From a virus (lineage: Duplodnaviria > Caudoviricetes), in the IMG/VR virus record IMGVR_UViG_3300045918_000020, positions 1 to 27,939 of that record: a stretch of 27,939 bases of DNA. One strand, 5' to 3'. Below the pieces are notes generated by a model, which saw only the letters and a list, made by a program, of their open reading frames with translations, was not told the DNA's origin and did not search any database. This document shows positions 6,424-15,156 of this stretch, piece by piece. Every line of letters starts with the position of its first letter. Position 1 is the first letter of the stretch. The position numbers and the translations under genes were made by a program.

Positions 6424-6949
6424 TTAAGTTTAAAGAATTTCTAACTGAAGTTTTTGACAGTCCTTGGAGTATGAACTATGCCGAGGATATAACTAATGCT
6501 ATGAAAGAACATATAGCAGAAAGAATAAAGATGAAAATTTCACAAATGTTAAAGCACACAAATTAGAAGGTGATAATGGACATCTAATATCATTAGTTAG
6601 GAATGGAATGTTAGAAGCACATCATCTTGATAAAGATCAACACGCTGGACATCCTATTCATATTTCAGATAAACCAAATCCAAGATTTTATTCAACTATG
6701 ATTAGCCACATGCAAAAACATGGATTAGATAAAGGCAGAGCAGTTAGAGTAGTTTCTCATAAAGATTCAATTCTAAGTAAACGATATAAGTCAATTGTCG
6801 ATAAATTATGTAAGAAGCATGGATATAGAGCATTCAAAGGAGTAGATCATACATTAGGACATGATATGGATAAGATTTATATCCATCCCAGTTCATACAG
6901 AATTGGACTATCTGAAAACTTTGGTGGCAATCTGTCTGAAAGAAAATGA
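6420..6949 (+). pseudogene. Frameshift-split gene for a capsid-targeted protein (48-aa ORF 6420-6566 plus -1 frame to 6949)
   Basis: Starts MIKFKEFLTE; the frame of ORF 6608-6949 is open from 6497 and reads KNKDENFTNVKAHKLEG... from 6521. Confidence 0.6.
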
Positions 6950-7006
6950 TATCTTTTAAAACGTTAAACTGATATAATAACAACTCAATAACAACCGAGA
7001 TAATTT

Positions 7007-7381
7007 ATGATAAACTACCCAACAAACCCCAAAACTGATTATGCAGAGCTAATGCTACATGACTTTGATATAGCTTTGCCTAAATCTATGCCGAAGTATA
7101 TCCAAGAACAATTATACAAACAAAAGTGTATGGAGAAAGAAGTAAACGAACAGATAAGAAAGTTTGAACTTTTATTCCCTTGGTGTCATTTAGACCACAC
7201 TGAAATAAAAGTAGATAATGATACTACTGTCATAGATAAAAGCGATGGATCAATTGTTTATGATGAAACAAAAAATAAATTTTATTTGTATCGTGATGAA
7301 AAGATATTAGTTAGAGCTATATCAGTGGAAAAATTAAAACGATTAGCTACAGAAAGACACGGAATTACTTTCGATGAATGA
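7007..7381 (+). CDS. Hypothetical protein
   Basis: 124-aa ORF behind TATAAT 6973-6978. Confidence 0.7.
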   Translation: MINYPTNPKTDYAELMLHDFDIALPKSMPKYIQEQLYKQKCMEKEVNEQIRKFELLFPWCHLDHTEIKVDNDTTVIDKSDGSIVYDETKNKFYLYRDEKILVRAISVEKLKRLATERHGITFDE

Positions 7382-7730
7382 AAATAAGTTCCTTCGTAGG
7401 ATAGCCGAATTGTCTGATAATGATATCAAGTTTAAGGATGAGTCTATCCTATGGGGAACTTGTTGGATCGGCGGTATGCCTGTCGATCTAACACTGAATG
7501 ATTGTTATGTCACATTGAATACAGTAGGAGCGTTTGAAGGTGATTGGGATAAATTATCAAAATCTTATTGGAGAGGCAAAGGTAAATTTAGATCATTACT
7601 TCCTGCTATTAAACAAACTTTATCCGAGTTTGGATATGAACACAGACTTTACCTGACTCCAATATCACCAGTTTGGAAAGAAAAATATCAATTAGATTAT
7701 GATGATATTGGATATCATATTAAATTGTGA
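7374..7730 (+). CDS. Hypothetical protein, possible GNAT-like acetyltransferase
   Basis: YWRGKGKFRSLL..IK......GY...LYL resembles GNAT motif A plus the following helix and strand. Confidence 0.45.
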   Translation: MNENKFLRRIAELSDNDIKFKDESILWGTCWIGGMPVDLTLNDCYVTLNTVGAFEGDWDKLSKSYWRGKGKFRSLLPAIKQTLSEFGYEHRLYLTPISPVWKEKYQLDYDDIGYHIKL

Positions 7731-7748
7731 AAATATTAAAAAAAAGTG

Positions 7749-7796
7749 TTGTAATGTCCTAGGATGTCTGTATAATGCACACATTCGCTGAACAAA
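7749..7796 (+). promoter_or_regulatory. Early promoter cassette, copy 1
   Basis: TTGTAA-16 nt-TATAAT followed by GCACACATTCGCTGAACAAA. Confidence 0.8.
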
Positions 7797-7813
7797 CACT
7801 TAGGACAAATATC

Positions 7814-8683
7814 ATGATAACAATTAAATTCTATGCAACTAAAAATATATATCGTGCATACAACGAAGGTGGTAACTATTTTGCATCCTCTACATCAAAG
7901 GCAAAGTTGATTCAAAAATTGAAAGATCAATTCAATATCATTTATTCAGAAGAAGTGAAAACGGGAACTATTGCTAAATCAGAATTTACAGTTAAACAGA
8001 GGTTCGATTTCATTTCAACATTCACCAAGTTGGTATCCAAAGGTGTCATGAATTCATTAGTTATCACAGGTGATGGTGGACTTGGTAAGACTCATACTGT
8101 TCTTGAAACATTAGAGAAGCTTGGCCTCAAAGAGGATACGATTGGCGAAATAGATGGTGACTTCGTTTTCATTAAAGGATATTCTACTCCACGTAATCTC
8201 TACACTAGCCTATATCATAACAATGGTAAGACAATCGTATTCGATGATTGTGATAATATTACCAAAGATGCAATTGGCGCTAATATTCTAAAGGCTGCAT
8301 TGGATTCATATGAGCGCAGAATTGTGTCTTGGGGGGCAGAAAATAAAGACGACTCTGTTCCTAGCAGATTTGAATTTACTGGTAAGGTAATCTTTATCAG
8401 CAATCTGGTGCTTGATAAGTTTCCACAAGCAATTCTAAGTCGCTCTATGCTGGTTGATCTTTCATTGAACCAAGAAGAAAAGATCGAGCGGATTCAACAA
8501 GTATTTGACTCAGAAGATTTATATGAAGCAGAAGATAAAACAATTGTATTAGATTTTATCAAGCGTAATGTAGCAAAAGCAAAAGATTTGAACATTCGTA
8601 GTGCTATGAATCTTTTGAAGATTAAGCTGGCACTTGGTAAGAATTGGGAACTCCCTGCACTTTATAACTTCTCAACTAATTAA
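7814..8683 (+). CDS. AAA+/P-loop ATPase
   Basis: Walker A GDGGLGKT, Walker B IVFDDCD, sensor IFISN, AILSRS arginine finger. Start moved to ATG 7814 (AGGA SD; the track start lies within the -10 box). Confidence 0.88.
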   Translation: MITIKFYATKNIYRAYNEGGNYFASSTSKAKLIQKLKDQFNIIYSEEVKTGTIAKSEFTVKQRFDFISTFTKLVSKGVMNSLVITGDGGLGKTHTVLETLEKLGLKEDTIGEIDGDFVFIKGYSTPRNLYTSLYHNNGKTIVFDDCDNITKDAIGANILKAALDSYERRIVSWGAENKDDSVPSRFEFTGKVIFISNLVLDKFPQAILSRSMLVDLSLNQEEKIERIQQVFDSEDLYEAEDKTIVLDFIKRNVAKAKDLNIRSAMNLLKIKLALGKNWELPALYNFSTN

Positions 8684-8684
8684 T

Positions 8685-8837
8685 ATGAATACTCTTCCTG
8701 GAACGTTTACTGCTGTACATGTTTGGTGTGGAATTATCGGATTTCAATATCAGAATTCTGCTAATGTCATGTGCATATTTGCTACTCCAATAATCACATC
8801 GAACATAAAAGCAGCAAATGACGAAAAAAGTAGTTGA
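8685..8837 (+). CDS. 50-aa hypothetical protein
   Basis: ATG 1 nt after the ATPase stop; MNTLPG...KAANDEKSS. Confidence 0.45.
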   Translation: MNTLPGTFTAVHVWCGIIGFQYQNSANVMCIFATPIITSNIKAANDEKSS

Positions 8838-8881
8838 CAAGTAATCATAATACTGTATAATCCACACATTCGCTGAACAAA
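8834..8881 (+). promoter_or_regulatory. Early promoter cassette, copy 2
   Basis: TTGACA-16 nt-TATAAT followed by CCACACATTCGCTGAACAAA. Confidence 0.85.
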
Positions 8882-8899
8882 TACTTTTAGGATATAAAC

Positions 8900-9034
8900 A
8901 TGGACAGATATAATAAGTTTGATGAATGGTGGACTGCTGAACCAGTGAGCGAATTTGAAGGGGTTGACTCTGGGCATGTAGAGCGAGCATTTGCAGCAGG
9001 ACGTGAAGCGGAGCGCGAAAGTGTGGTTATGTAA
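8900..9034 (+). CDS. 44-aa hypothetical protein
   Basis: MDRYNKFDEWWTAE...AFAAGREAERESVVM; AGGA SD. Confidence 0.6.
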   Translation: MDRYNKFDEWWTAEPVSEFEGVDSGHVERAFAAGREAERESVVM

Positions 9035-9083
9035 TTACCTAATTATAATGTTTGCGCGTTAACCAAATGGAGATAATATAAAA

Positions 9084-10121
9084 ATGAGTAAATTAGTTAA
9101 GTGGCATTCAATCGGACAATTTAGACAAGCTATAAAGAATATACAATCTGTTGTCAGATATGCTGGCACAGATGAAAATGGTGATGCTATTTTCAATAAT
9201 AATCCTTTGCCTAAGTTGACATATGTTGGTACTACAAAAGTACACGGAACAAACTCTGCCATTGGAGTATCATATAATGGTGATATTTGGTATCAATCTC
9301 GTGAGCGTATTATTACAGTAGAAAGTGATAATGCTGGATTTGCTATGTTTGCAACAGCTAGAAAAGATTTGTGGAAATATATTGCCGAATTAGTTAAATC
9401 AAGTGATGACATTCTGATTTATGGCGAATTTGCTGGTAAAGGAATTCAAAAAGGAGTTGCTGTATCAGAAGTAGACAAATTCTTTGTCATCTTTGGTATT
9501 GTATTGGTTGATGCCGATGATAATAAATTTTATATGTCCAGAGAGAATATTCAAAAGATTATTCATATCGTATTCAAGGACGAAGATCGAGTATTTTCAA
9601 TTTATGATTTTCAACAGTTTGAGGTTGAGATTGATTTTGATAATCCACATCTAATCCAAAACGAATTGAATAAGCTATGTGAATTCGTTGAACAAAAATG
9701 TCCTGTTGGATCTCATTTTGGAATTGAAGGCATTGGTGAAGGTATCGTATTTAGTCCTAAAGATGATCCTTGGAGACAAGATGTTGGACTAATGTTTAAG
9801 GTTAAAGGAGAAGCACATTCAAAATCTAAGGTTAAAACATTAGCTAATGTTGATGTTGAAAAACTTAATTCACTAGATATCCTAGCAAACCTACTTGCAA
9901 ATAATGGACGACTTCAGCAAGGGTGTCAATTAGTATTTAACACCCTCAATGGTGGAGAAGTTGACATTAAAAAGATGGGTGATATGATTAAGTGGGTCAT
10001 GAAAGATATCGCCAAAGAAGAAATTGATACGATTGCAGCATCTGGATTTAATATGAAAGAACTATCTAGTCCTGTAGGTAAGATCGTTAGGAACTTTGTA
10101 ATGAAAGAGTTAGAACTGTGA
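9084..10121 (+). CDS. rnlB: RNA ligase 2 (Rnl2 family)
   Basis: Nucleotidyltransferase motifs I KVHGTN, III YGEFAG..IQKGV, IIIa FVIFGI, IV GEGIVF, V FKVK. Confidence 0.9.
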   Translation: MSKLVKWHSIGQFRQAIKNIQSVVRYAGTDENGDAIFNNNPLPKLTYVGTTKVHGTNSAIGVSYNGDIWYQSRERIITVESDNAGFAMFATARKDLWKYIAELVKSSDDILIYGEFAGKGIQKGVAVSEVDKFFVIFGIVLVDADDNKFYMSRENIQKIIHIVFKDEDRVFSIYDFQQFEVEIDFDNPHLIQNELNKLCEFVEQKCPVGSHFGIEGIGEGIVFSPKDDPWRQDVGLMFKVKGEAHSKSKVKTLANVDVEKLNSLDILANLLANNGRLQQGCQLVFNTLNGGEVDIKKMGDMIKWVMKDIAKEEIDTIAASGFNMKELSSPVGKIVRNFVMKELEL

Positions 10122-10297
10122 TTAATATTTTAAAGATCAAGACGTTTACAAACGTATCAGACTTTTATGCTTGGCAAAGAGATAAAGGTGGATACGACAA
10201 TATTGCAATCACATTGATTGATGTAGACCAAACGGATCAAACTCGAATATTAATAACAGTTCAGTATGTTGAACATGATGAACAAAAGAAGAAATGA
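10118..10297 (+). CDS. 59-aa hypothetical protein
   Basis: GTG start overlapping the ligase stop (GTGA); fills the gap up to the next promoter. Confidence 0.5.
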   Translation: MINILKIKTFTNVSDFYAWQRDKGGYDNIAITLIDVDQTDQTRILITVQYVEHDEQKKK

Positions 10298-10307
10298 TTT
10301 CAAATTT

Positions 10308-10335
10308 TTGACATAGTGAGTTATTAGTTTATAAT
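10308..10335 (+). promoter_or_regulatory. Sigma70-like promoter
   Basis: TTGACA-16 nt-TATAAT. Confidence 0.8.
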
Positions 10336-10355
10336 TAATGTATAAGGAGAAACAA

Positions 10356-10550
10356 ATGGCAGCGTATAAATTCATCGAATACACCAGTATTCTAGACAAT
10401 TCAGTTAGACTCTGGGCATTAGCTGAGGATGCAGTAATAAAGACAATTGATAACGTAAAATTTATCGAAGTAACAACAGATTTTGCATCTGCTCAACTAG
10501 CACGGATCGACAATCTTAAACCAGTAGGACAACTTGTGAGGAACTATTAA
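10356..10550 (+). CDS. Hypothetical protein
   Basis: AAGGAG SD before ATG 10356. Confidence 0.7.
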   Translation: MAAYKFIEYTSILDNSVRLWALAEDAVIKTIDNVKFIEVTTDFASAQLARIDNLKPVGQLVRNY

Positions 10551-11143
10551 TGTTTAATCTAGCAGCATTTATTCAAGGTAGAAATGCAATTAATCCAATA
10601 GCTGGAGGGTATGATACGATAGGATTTTTTGGATTCTTATGCAAAGCAGATTCTCTAGATGGTAAGAAATATTTCACAATTGATATGAATGGAAACGCGA
10701 TATCTGCATATATACCAGATAATGGATGTATTAGAATGAATTTTGTACTTGATACTCCAGATGTTGATGTTAATGATAATGTTAAACTTGATATTAATCA
10801 TAAGGAAGATAAGGTAACTGTACTTCGCCATTTCAGGTATCGTGGTGATAAAGGACAAGTTCAAAGTCACGGTGGTATGACAGCAGTGTGTATATTAGAT
10901 TATACCGATAAAGTGATTTATGTTTATCCATCATTCTGTTCAGTAGAAGATAATTTCGATAAGAAGATTGGCACAATCAATGCTATTAAGAGATTAAATC
11001 ACGGCATTGGATTTGCAGTTAGCCTTGATGTCAAAAAAACTATTTACGATAATATTAAGAATGCTGATATGGTCGTATGGCCATCAAAAGAAGCAAAGAA
11101 TATTCTTCAACGTCCTCTTGATGAATGGAATGCTCGTGGATGA
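10550..11143 (+). CDS. Hypothetical two-domain protein
   Basis: 197 aa, TAATG-coupled; C-terminal half GGMTAVC...SFCSVEDNFDKKIG...A..RL. Confidence 0.75.
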   Translation: MFNLAAFIQGRNAINPIAGGYDTIGFFGFLCKADSLDGKKYFTIDMNGNAISAYIPDNGCIRMNFVLDTPDVDVNDNVKLDINHKEDKVTVLRHFRYRGDKGQVQSHGGMTAVCILDYTDKVIYVYPSFCSVEDNFDKKIGTINAIKRLNHGIGFAVSLDVKKTIYDNIKNADMVVWPSKEAKNILQRPLDEWNARG

Positions 11144-11399
11144 TATCGTTCAAACAAAAGAGGAATTAATTGCTCTGTTCTTAAATGCAGAAAAGTTATT
11201 CATAGAGGTAGATGATCTAGTATGGAAAGATGATATTCAGTATATTGATTCCCTTATGCTTATTTGCGATGAAAAGGGAATTAATCCTGAAGATTTAGTC
11301 AGATTAGATTTGATATCTCCTAAACTGAAAATGTTTTTACAAGAAGAAGCAGAAGAGAATGGAATATTAAAAAGAGAATCGAGGTTGCCAATTGAATGA
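11130..11399 (+). CDS. gp33: Late transcription coactivator gp33
   Basis: YIDSL...CDE.GI.PE......ISPKLK..LQ.EA...GIL pattern; 33-59-32 synteny; start approximate. Confidence 0.82.
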   Translation: MLVDDIVQTKEELIALFLNAEKLFIEVDDLVWKDDIQYIDSLMLICDEKGINPEDLVRLDLISPKLKMFLQEEAEENGILKRESRLPIE

Positions 11400-11968
11400 T
11401 AACATCATACAAATTTTACCAGATTTATATGAGGTATCGGCTGCATTTCAGAACAACATTTAATATTTTAGGTCATTATGATGCTCCCAAGACTATAAAT
11501 AAAAATAACTACGAGAAAAGAGAAGATAGAGAAATATTTTCTACATGGAATTTTAAGTCTGTAAACGAATGCCAAAAATTTTGTATCTTCAATTTTGTAA
11601 AGTCTGAAAACTGGCTGTATAATAAACAATCTGATGCTTGGGATGTATATTACGAAAAGATGAAGTATTTTTCAACATTTAAAGAAAATATTAATAAAGA
11701 TTATGAGACAATCAAATTACTGCTGCGAACCAAAAACATATCATTCAATGAAATTACAAAACAAACTAAAAGTGGAGGGAGACCTCCAATTTTACAACTT
11801 CTTTTTCAAGATCATATTAGCATTGAGTTTGTTTGCATTGTCAATAATAAGTTTACTTTTGCTGATAAATGGAACACTATTGATCCTCTAATAGTTGATG
11901 CTGCATTTTTAATTAAAAAATATTCTCCACTCATAAACATTATCAGACATGGACAAAAAGTTGCATAA
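11396..11968 (+). CDS. gp59: Helicase loader gp59
   Basis: Y..Y....LHF...., PPILQL.FQ..ISIE, IKKY.P motifs; position between genes 33 and 32. Confidence 0.82.
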   Translation: MITSYKFYQIYMRYRLHFRTTFNILGHYDAPKTINKNNYEKREDREIFSTWNFKSVNECQKFCIFNFVKSENWLYNKQSDAWDVYYEKMKYFSTFKENINKDYETIKLLLRTKNISFNEITKQTKSGGRPPILQLLFQDHISIEFVCIVNNKFTFADKWNTIDPLIVDAAFLIKKYSPLINIIRHGQKVA

Positions 11969-12104
11969 ATATCATTTCAACGATACTGAAGAACAACAAG
12001 CTAATAGATTTAAGAAGCAGCGGTTGAAAGAGGAGGAAGAAGCATTAGATGAAGATGAGTTTTCTGAGGAACTTTATTATAATATCAAGAGGTTTTTAAA
12101 ATGA
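11949..12104 (+). CDS. 51-aa basic/acidic protein
   Basis: MDKKLHKY...FKKQRLKEEEEALDEDEFSEE...; fills the gap and its stop overlaps the next ATG. Confidence 0.6.
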   Translation: MDKKLHKYHFNDTEEQQANRFKKQRLKEEEEALDEDEFSEELYYNIKRFLK

Positions 12105-12382
12105 TTAAAATGGGATTTGACACAGTTTTACAGTTCATTAAACAAGGTCATAGAGTAGCTAGAGTTGGATGGAATGGCAAAGGTATGTTCATATTTTTAG
12201 TTCCAGGATCAACATTTAATGTTAATCGTTCACCATTGACGGATATCTATCCAGAAGGTACAACAATTAATTATCTGCCACATATTGATATGCGTACAGC
12301 AGATGGGTCAATTGTTCCTTGGCTTGCATCGCAGACTGATATCTTAGCAGAAGATTGGATCGTATTAATCGAACAAGTTTGA
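12101..12382 (+). CDS. tad2: DUF2829 / Tad2-family anti-defence nucleotide sponge
   Basis: F......K.G.RVAR.GWNGKGMFI...I.M.TADG..VPW.ASQTDILAEDW is the DUF2829 signature. Confidence 0.88.
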   Translation: MIKMGFDTVLQFIKQGHRVARVGWNGKGMFIFLVPGSTFNVNRSPLTDIYPEGTTINYLPHIDMRTADGSIVPWLASQTDILAEDWIVLIEQV

Positions 12383-12478
12383 GATAGGCTGTATCTCATT
12401 AAGTAGTAAATTCTAACAGCAAACAACTAGGCAAATTTAGGCGTAATGCCACTATGCCATTTATAAAGGAAGTAAAAT
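12381..12478 (+). promoter_or_regulatory. Gene 32 leader with pseudoknot(s), putative autoregulatory operator
   Basis: Two H-type pairing sets upstream of the AAGGA SD; analogous to the T4 gene 32 operator. Confidence 0.55.
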
Positions 12479-13330
12479 ATGAGTTCAGCAATGGATAAGT
12501 TACTCGGAGCAGTTAAAAAAGCTAAACAAGGATCTTTTGAACGTGAAGAAGATTTCTTTTATTATCCTCAACGTGACGTAGCAGGAAATGGTAGTGCAGT
12601 AATTCGTTTTCTACCATCAGATAAGGATGAGATTCCTTTCGTAACAACGTATAATCACGGTTTCAAAAATGCAACAACTAATAAATGGTTCGTTGATAAT
12701 TGTCTATCAACAATTGAACAAGAGTGTCCTATCTGTGCAGAAAATAGTAAACTCTATGCATCTATGTCAAAAGAGGATGCTCGTAAATTTGGCATGAATC
12801 GCAAGAAGTCTTTCATCAGTCGTATCCTTGTAGTAGAGGATAAGAAGCAGCCTGATATGGAAGGTAAAGTATTCATGTTCAAATATGGACAAAAGATTTT
12901 TGATAAGATTGTTGATAAACTTCAACCAGAGTTTGAGGATGATGTTGCATGTAATATTTTTGACCTTGTATCTGGAGCAGACTTTAAGTTGAAGTTGCGT
13001 AAGGTTGATGGTAATGTAAATTATGATAAATCAGAATTTGCCGATCCATCTGAATGTGAGGTTCTAGTATTTGAGCAATTTAATGCTGAGAATGATCCAT
13101 ATAGATTTCTTGATCCTAAGAAATTTAAGTCAGCAGAAAAGTTACAAGAACGATTTGATTTTATATCTGGTAAGAAAGGTGGATCATTACCTAGTCAACC
13201 AGTCGATGATGATATCGAATTCGATGAAGTTAAACCTACACCAAAGAAAGAATCAAAACGAGTCGAAGTCCCAAAGGACGACGATGACGATGATATGCTT
13301 GCAATGATTCAAGGTTTAGCTGACGACTAA
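12479..13330 (+). CDS. gp32: Single-stranded DNA-binding protein gp32
   Basis: GNGSAVIRFLP, zinc site HGF...NCLSTI...CPIC, FKYG.KIFDKI, GADFKLK.RKV.G..NYDKSEF, acidic tail. Confidence 0.96.
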   Translation: MSSAMDKLLGAVKKAKQGSFEREEDFFYYPQRDVAGNGSAVIRFLPSDKDEIPFVTTYNHGFKNATTNKWFVDNCLSTIEQECPICAENSKLYASMSKEDARKFGMNRKKSFISRILVVEDKKQPDMEGKVFMFKYGQKIFDKIVDKLQPEFEDDVACNIFDLVSGADFKLKLRKVDGNVNYDKSEFADPSECEVLVFEQFNAENDPYRFLDPKKFKSAEKLQERFDFISGKKGGSLPSQPVDDDIEFDEVKPTPKKESKRVEVPKDDDDDDMLAMIQGLADD

Positions 13331-15156
13331 GCAAATCTAATTACCCTAGAATTAAGATAATTGTTTAATACGTTATCTTGATTTCTAGGGGATTCTCTTC
13401 CAGTCTTATTCTCTGTATTATTTGATATGATAGGTGCTGATGTTGATGGAGCCGCAGCATTAAGATTTATAGCAGTAGATAATCTTTTATCTGCTTTATC
13501 CTCTTTAGCAACAGTAGCAGCAGCATCTTTATAGGCTAGCCTATCTGCTTTATTCTTTTTCAATTGTTCAATCTGAGCCTTACCTTCTGGAGAATTTTTA
13601 TATTTTTCGTCTGCCTCTTTTGCTGTGTCAATATGACCAAACATACTCTCCATAACACTACCAGATGCATCACGAACAGTTTCAGAATTTTCATATAAAG
13701 CAGTACCAACGGCAATGCCAGCAGCACCAGCAGCAATCAAAGGCGATGCTTTTCCTAATACACTTCCAGCATTAGATAATATTCCACCTAATCCAGTTAA
13801 TAAAGTCGATCCTAATACTGTTATAGCAGGAACTATTCCAGATATAAACGTACCCACTCCTAATAACGCGGCTAATATGGTAGCTAACATTCCACCTGAA
13901 CTTTTACTCTTTTCTGTCTCATTAATTTCCTTTAATCCTGATATAATTTCTGCATTGTCAGCATCTACTTTTTCATAATGAGTAATTTGGATCTCATTCA
14001 TTTTATCTTGTTCTTCATCCGCAGCTTCAATGGTAGAACCAGATTTTTCATTTTCTGCTAATGATCCAGGCATAACCCAACTAGCACCAGCATTAGAATT
14101 TTCTTTTGTGTATTCTTCCCACATTTTTTCTTCTTCTAATCTCTGCTTCTCCCAGACTTCCCACATCTTCTTTGTCTGATCTTCTTCTTTGATATCTTCA
14201 GCATTATCATTAGCAGGTTGAGCAAATTTAGCAGCTAATGATCCAGTAGGATTCATTGATGCTGGTAATCCATTATTCTTAACTGGATAGGTTACTGCCA
14301 TTTCAGTTTTAGGTTCAATTACAGGAACTTCTTTCTTAGATCCCATACGAGTATCTAATATTGCTCCGCCTAACTTTTTACCAGCACCAAATAATAATTT
14401 ACCTATATCATATAAAGCTGCGCCTCCTTTTGTCATACGATCTTCTGGATGGTCAATATATTTTTGAGAATTCTCTGATCTATCAGACATCTTTTTAATT
14501 TCTTTTGCTAATAGCTTTTCTTCTTTGGTAGAATCTGCTCCATTCTTATCAATATGTCTCATTAGATTAAGCATTTCTCTTCGATATGCTTCATCTTTTT
14601 GAAATGATTTCGTATCTAATGTTTGTGCTGATCCAAACGTAGCTGACTTATTATCTTTATTAGGATCGAATGTTTGCAATCTCTTACCAAATGATCCCAT
14701 GCCAATAGCAGCAAACATACCAGTACGTTTTTTCTTCTCAGGATCAACTGATATGCCTAAATCTTTCATTGAAATATTAGTAGCAGTTTCTCTTAATCTA
14801 CTTGACATAAATTCAGCACCACGTGCAGCAAATTTCTTCGTTGCTGTGTGGACTCCTAATGTTGTCATTGCTTCTTGTGATAAGATATTAGATGGTGCTA
14901 ATACACGACCTGCCTTTAGATCACCAACATATTTTGTAACGACTGGATCAAATGAATGAGGGTCTTTATCTAATTTTGTTTTGAATTCAACTATTGCTTC
15001 TTTAATCTTTTTATCTCGTTCCCCATCAGATACCTTTTGCTTACTCGTTCTAATATCTTCATCAACGAAATGGGATGCCATCTGCTCTAAGGCTTCAACG
15101 AACATTCTCTTACGTTTTCTGACAACTTCTTTTTCGATATTAGATATCAGTCCCAT
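13327..15156 (-). CDS. Putative tail length regulator / baseplate hub (gp29-like tape measure)
   Basis: 609-aa helical, Ala/Gly-rich protein with a long hydrophobic segment, directly downstream of gp26-gp51; C-terminal ..NN........PRN.D. Confidence 0.6.
   Translation of the reverse strand: MGLISNIEKEVVRKRKRMFVEALEQMASHFVDEDIRTSKQKVSDGERDKKIKEAIVEFKTKLDKDPHSFDPVVTKYVGDLKAGRVLAPSNILSQEAMTTLGVHTATKKFAARGAEFMSSRLRETATNISMKDLGISVDPEKKKRTGMFAAIGMGSFGKRLQTFDPNKDNKSATFGSAQTLDTKSFQKDEAYRREMLNLMRHIDKNGADSTKEEKLLAKEIKKMSDRSENSQKYIDHPEDRMTKGGAALYDIGKLLFGAGKKLGGAILDTRMGSKKEVPVIEPKTEMAVTYPVKNNGLPASMNPTGSLAAKFAQPANDNAEDIKEEDQTKKMWEVWEKQRLEEEKMWEEYTKENSNAGASWVMPGSLAENEKSGSTIEAADEEQDKMNEIQITHYEKVDADNAEIISGLKEINETEKSKSSGGMLATILAALLGVGTFISGIVPAITVLGSTLLTGLGGILSNAGSVLGKASPLIAAGAAGIAVGTALYENSETVRDASGSVMESMFGHIDTAKEADEKYKNSPEGKAQIEQLKKNKADRLAYKDAAATVAKEDKADKRLSTAINLNAAAPSTSAPIISNNTENKTGRESPRNQDNVLNNYLNSRVIRFA

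Noticed and set aside
6533-6541. Programmed frameshift at A-AAT-TTC
   Set aside because: The heptamer is in the wrong phase to join ORF 6420 to the downstream frame.
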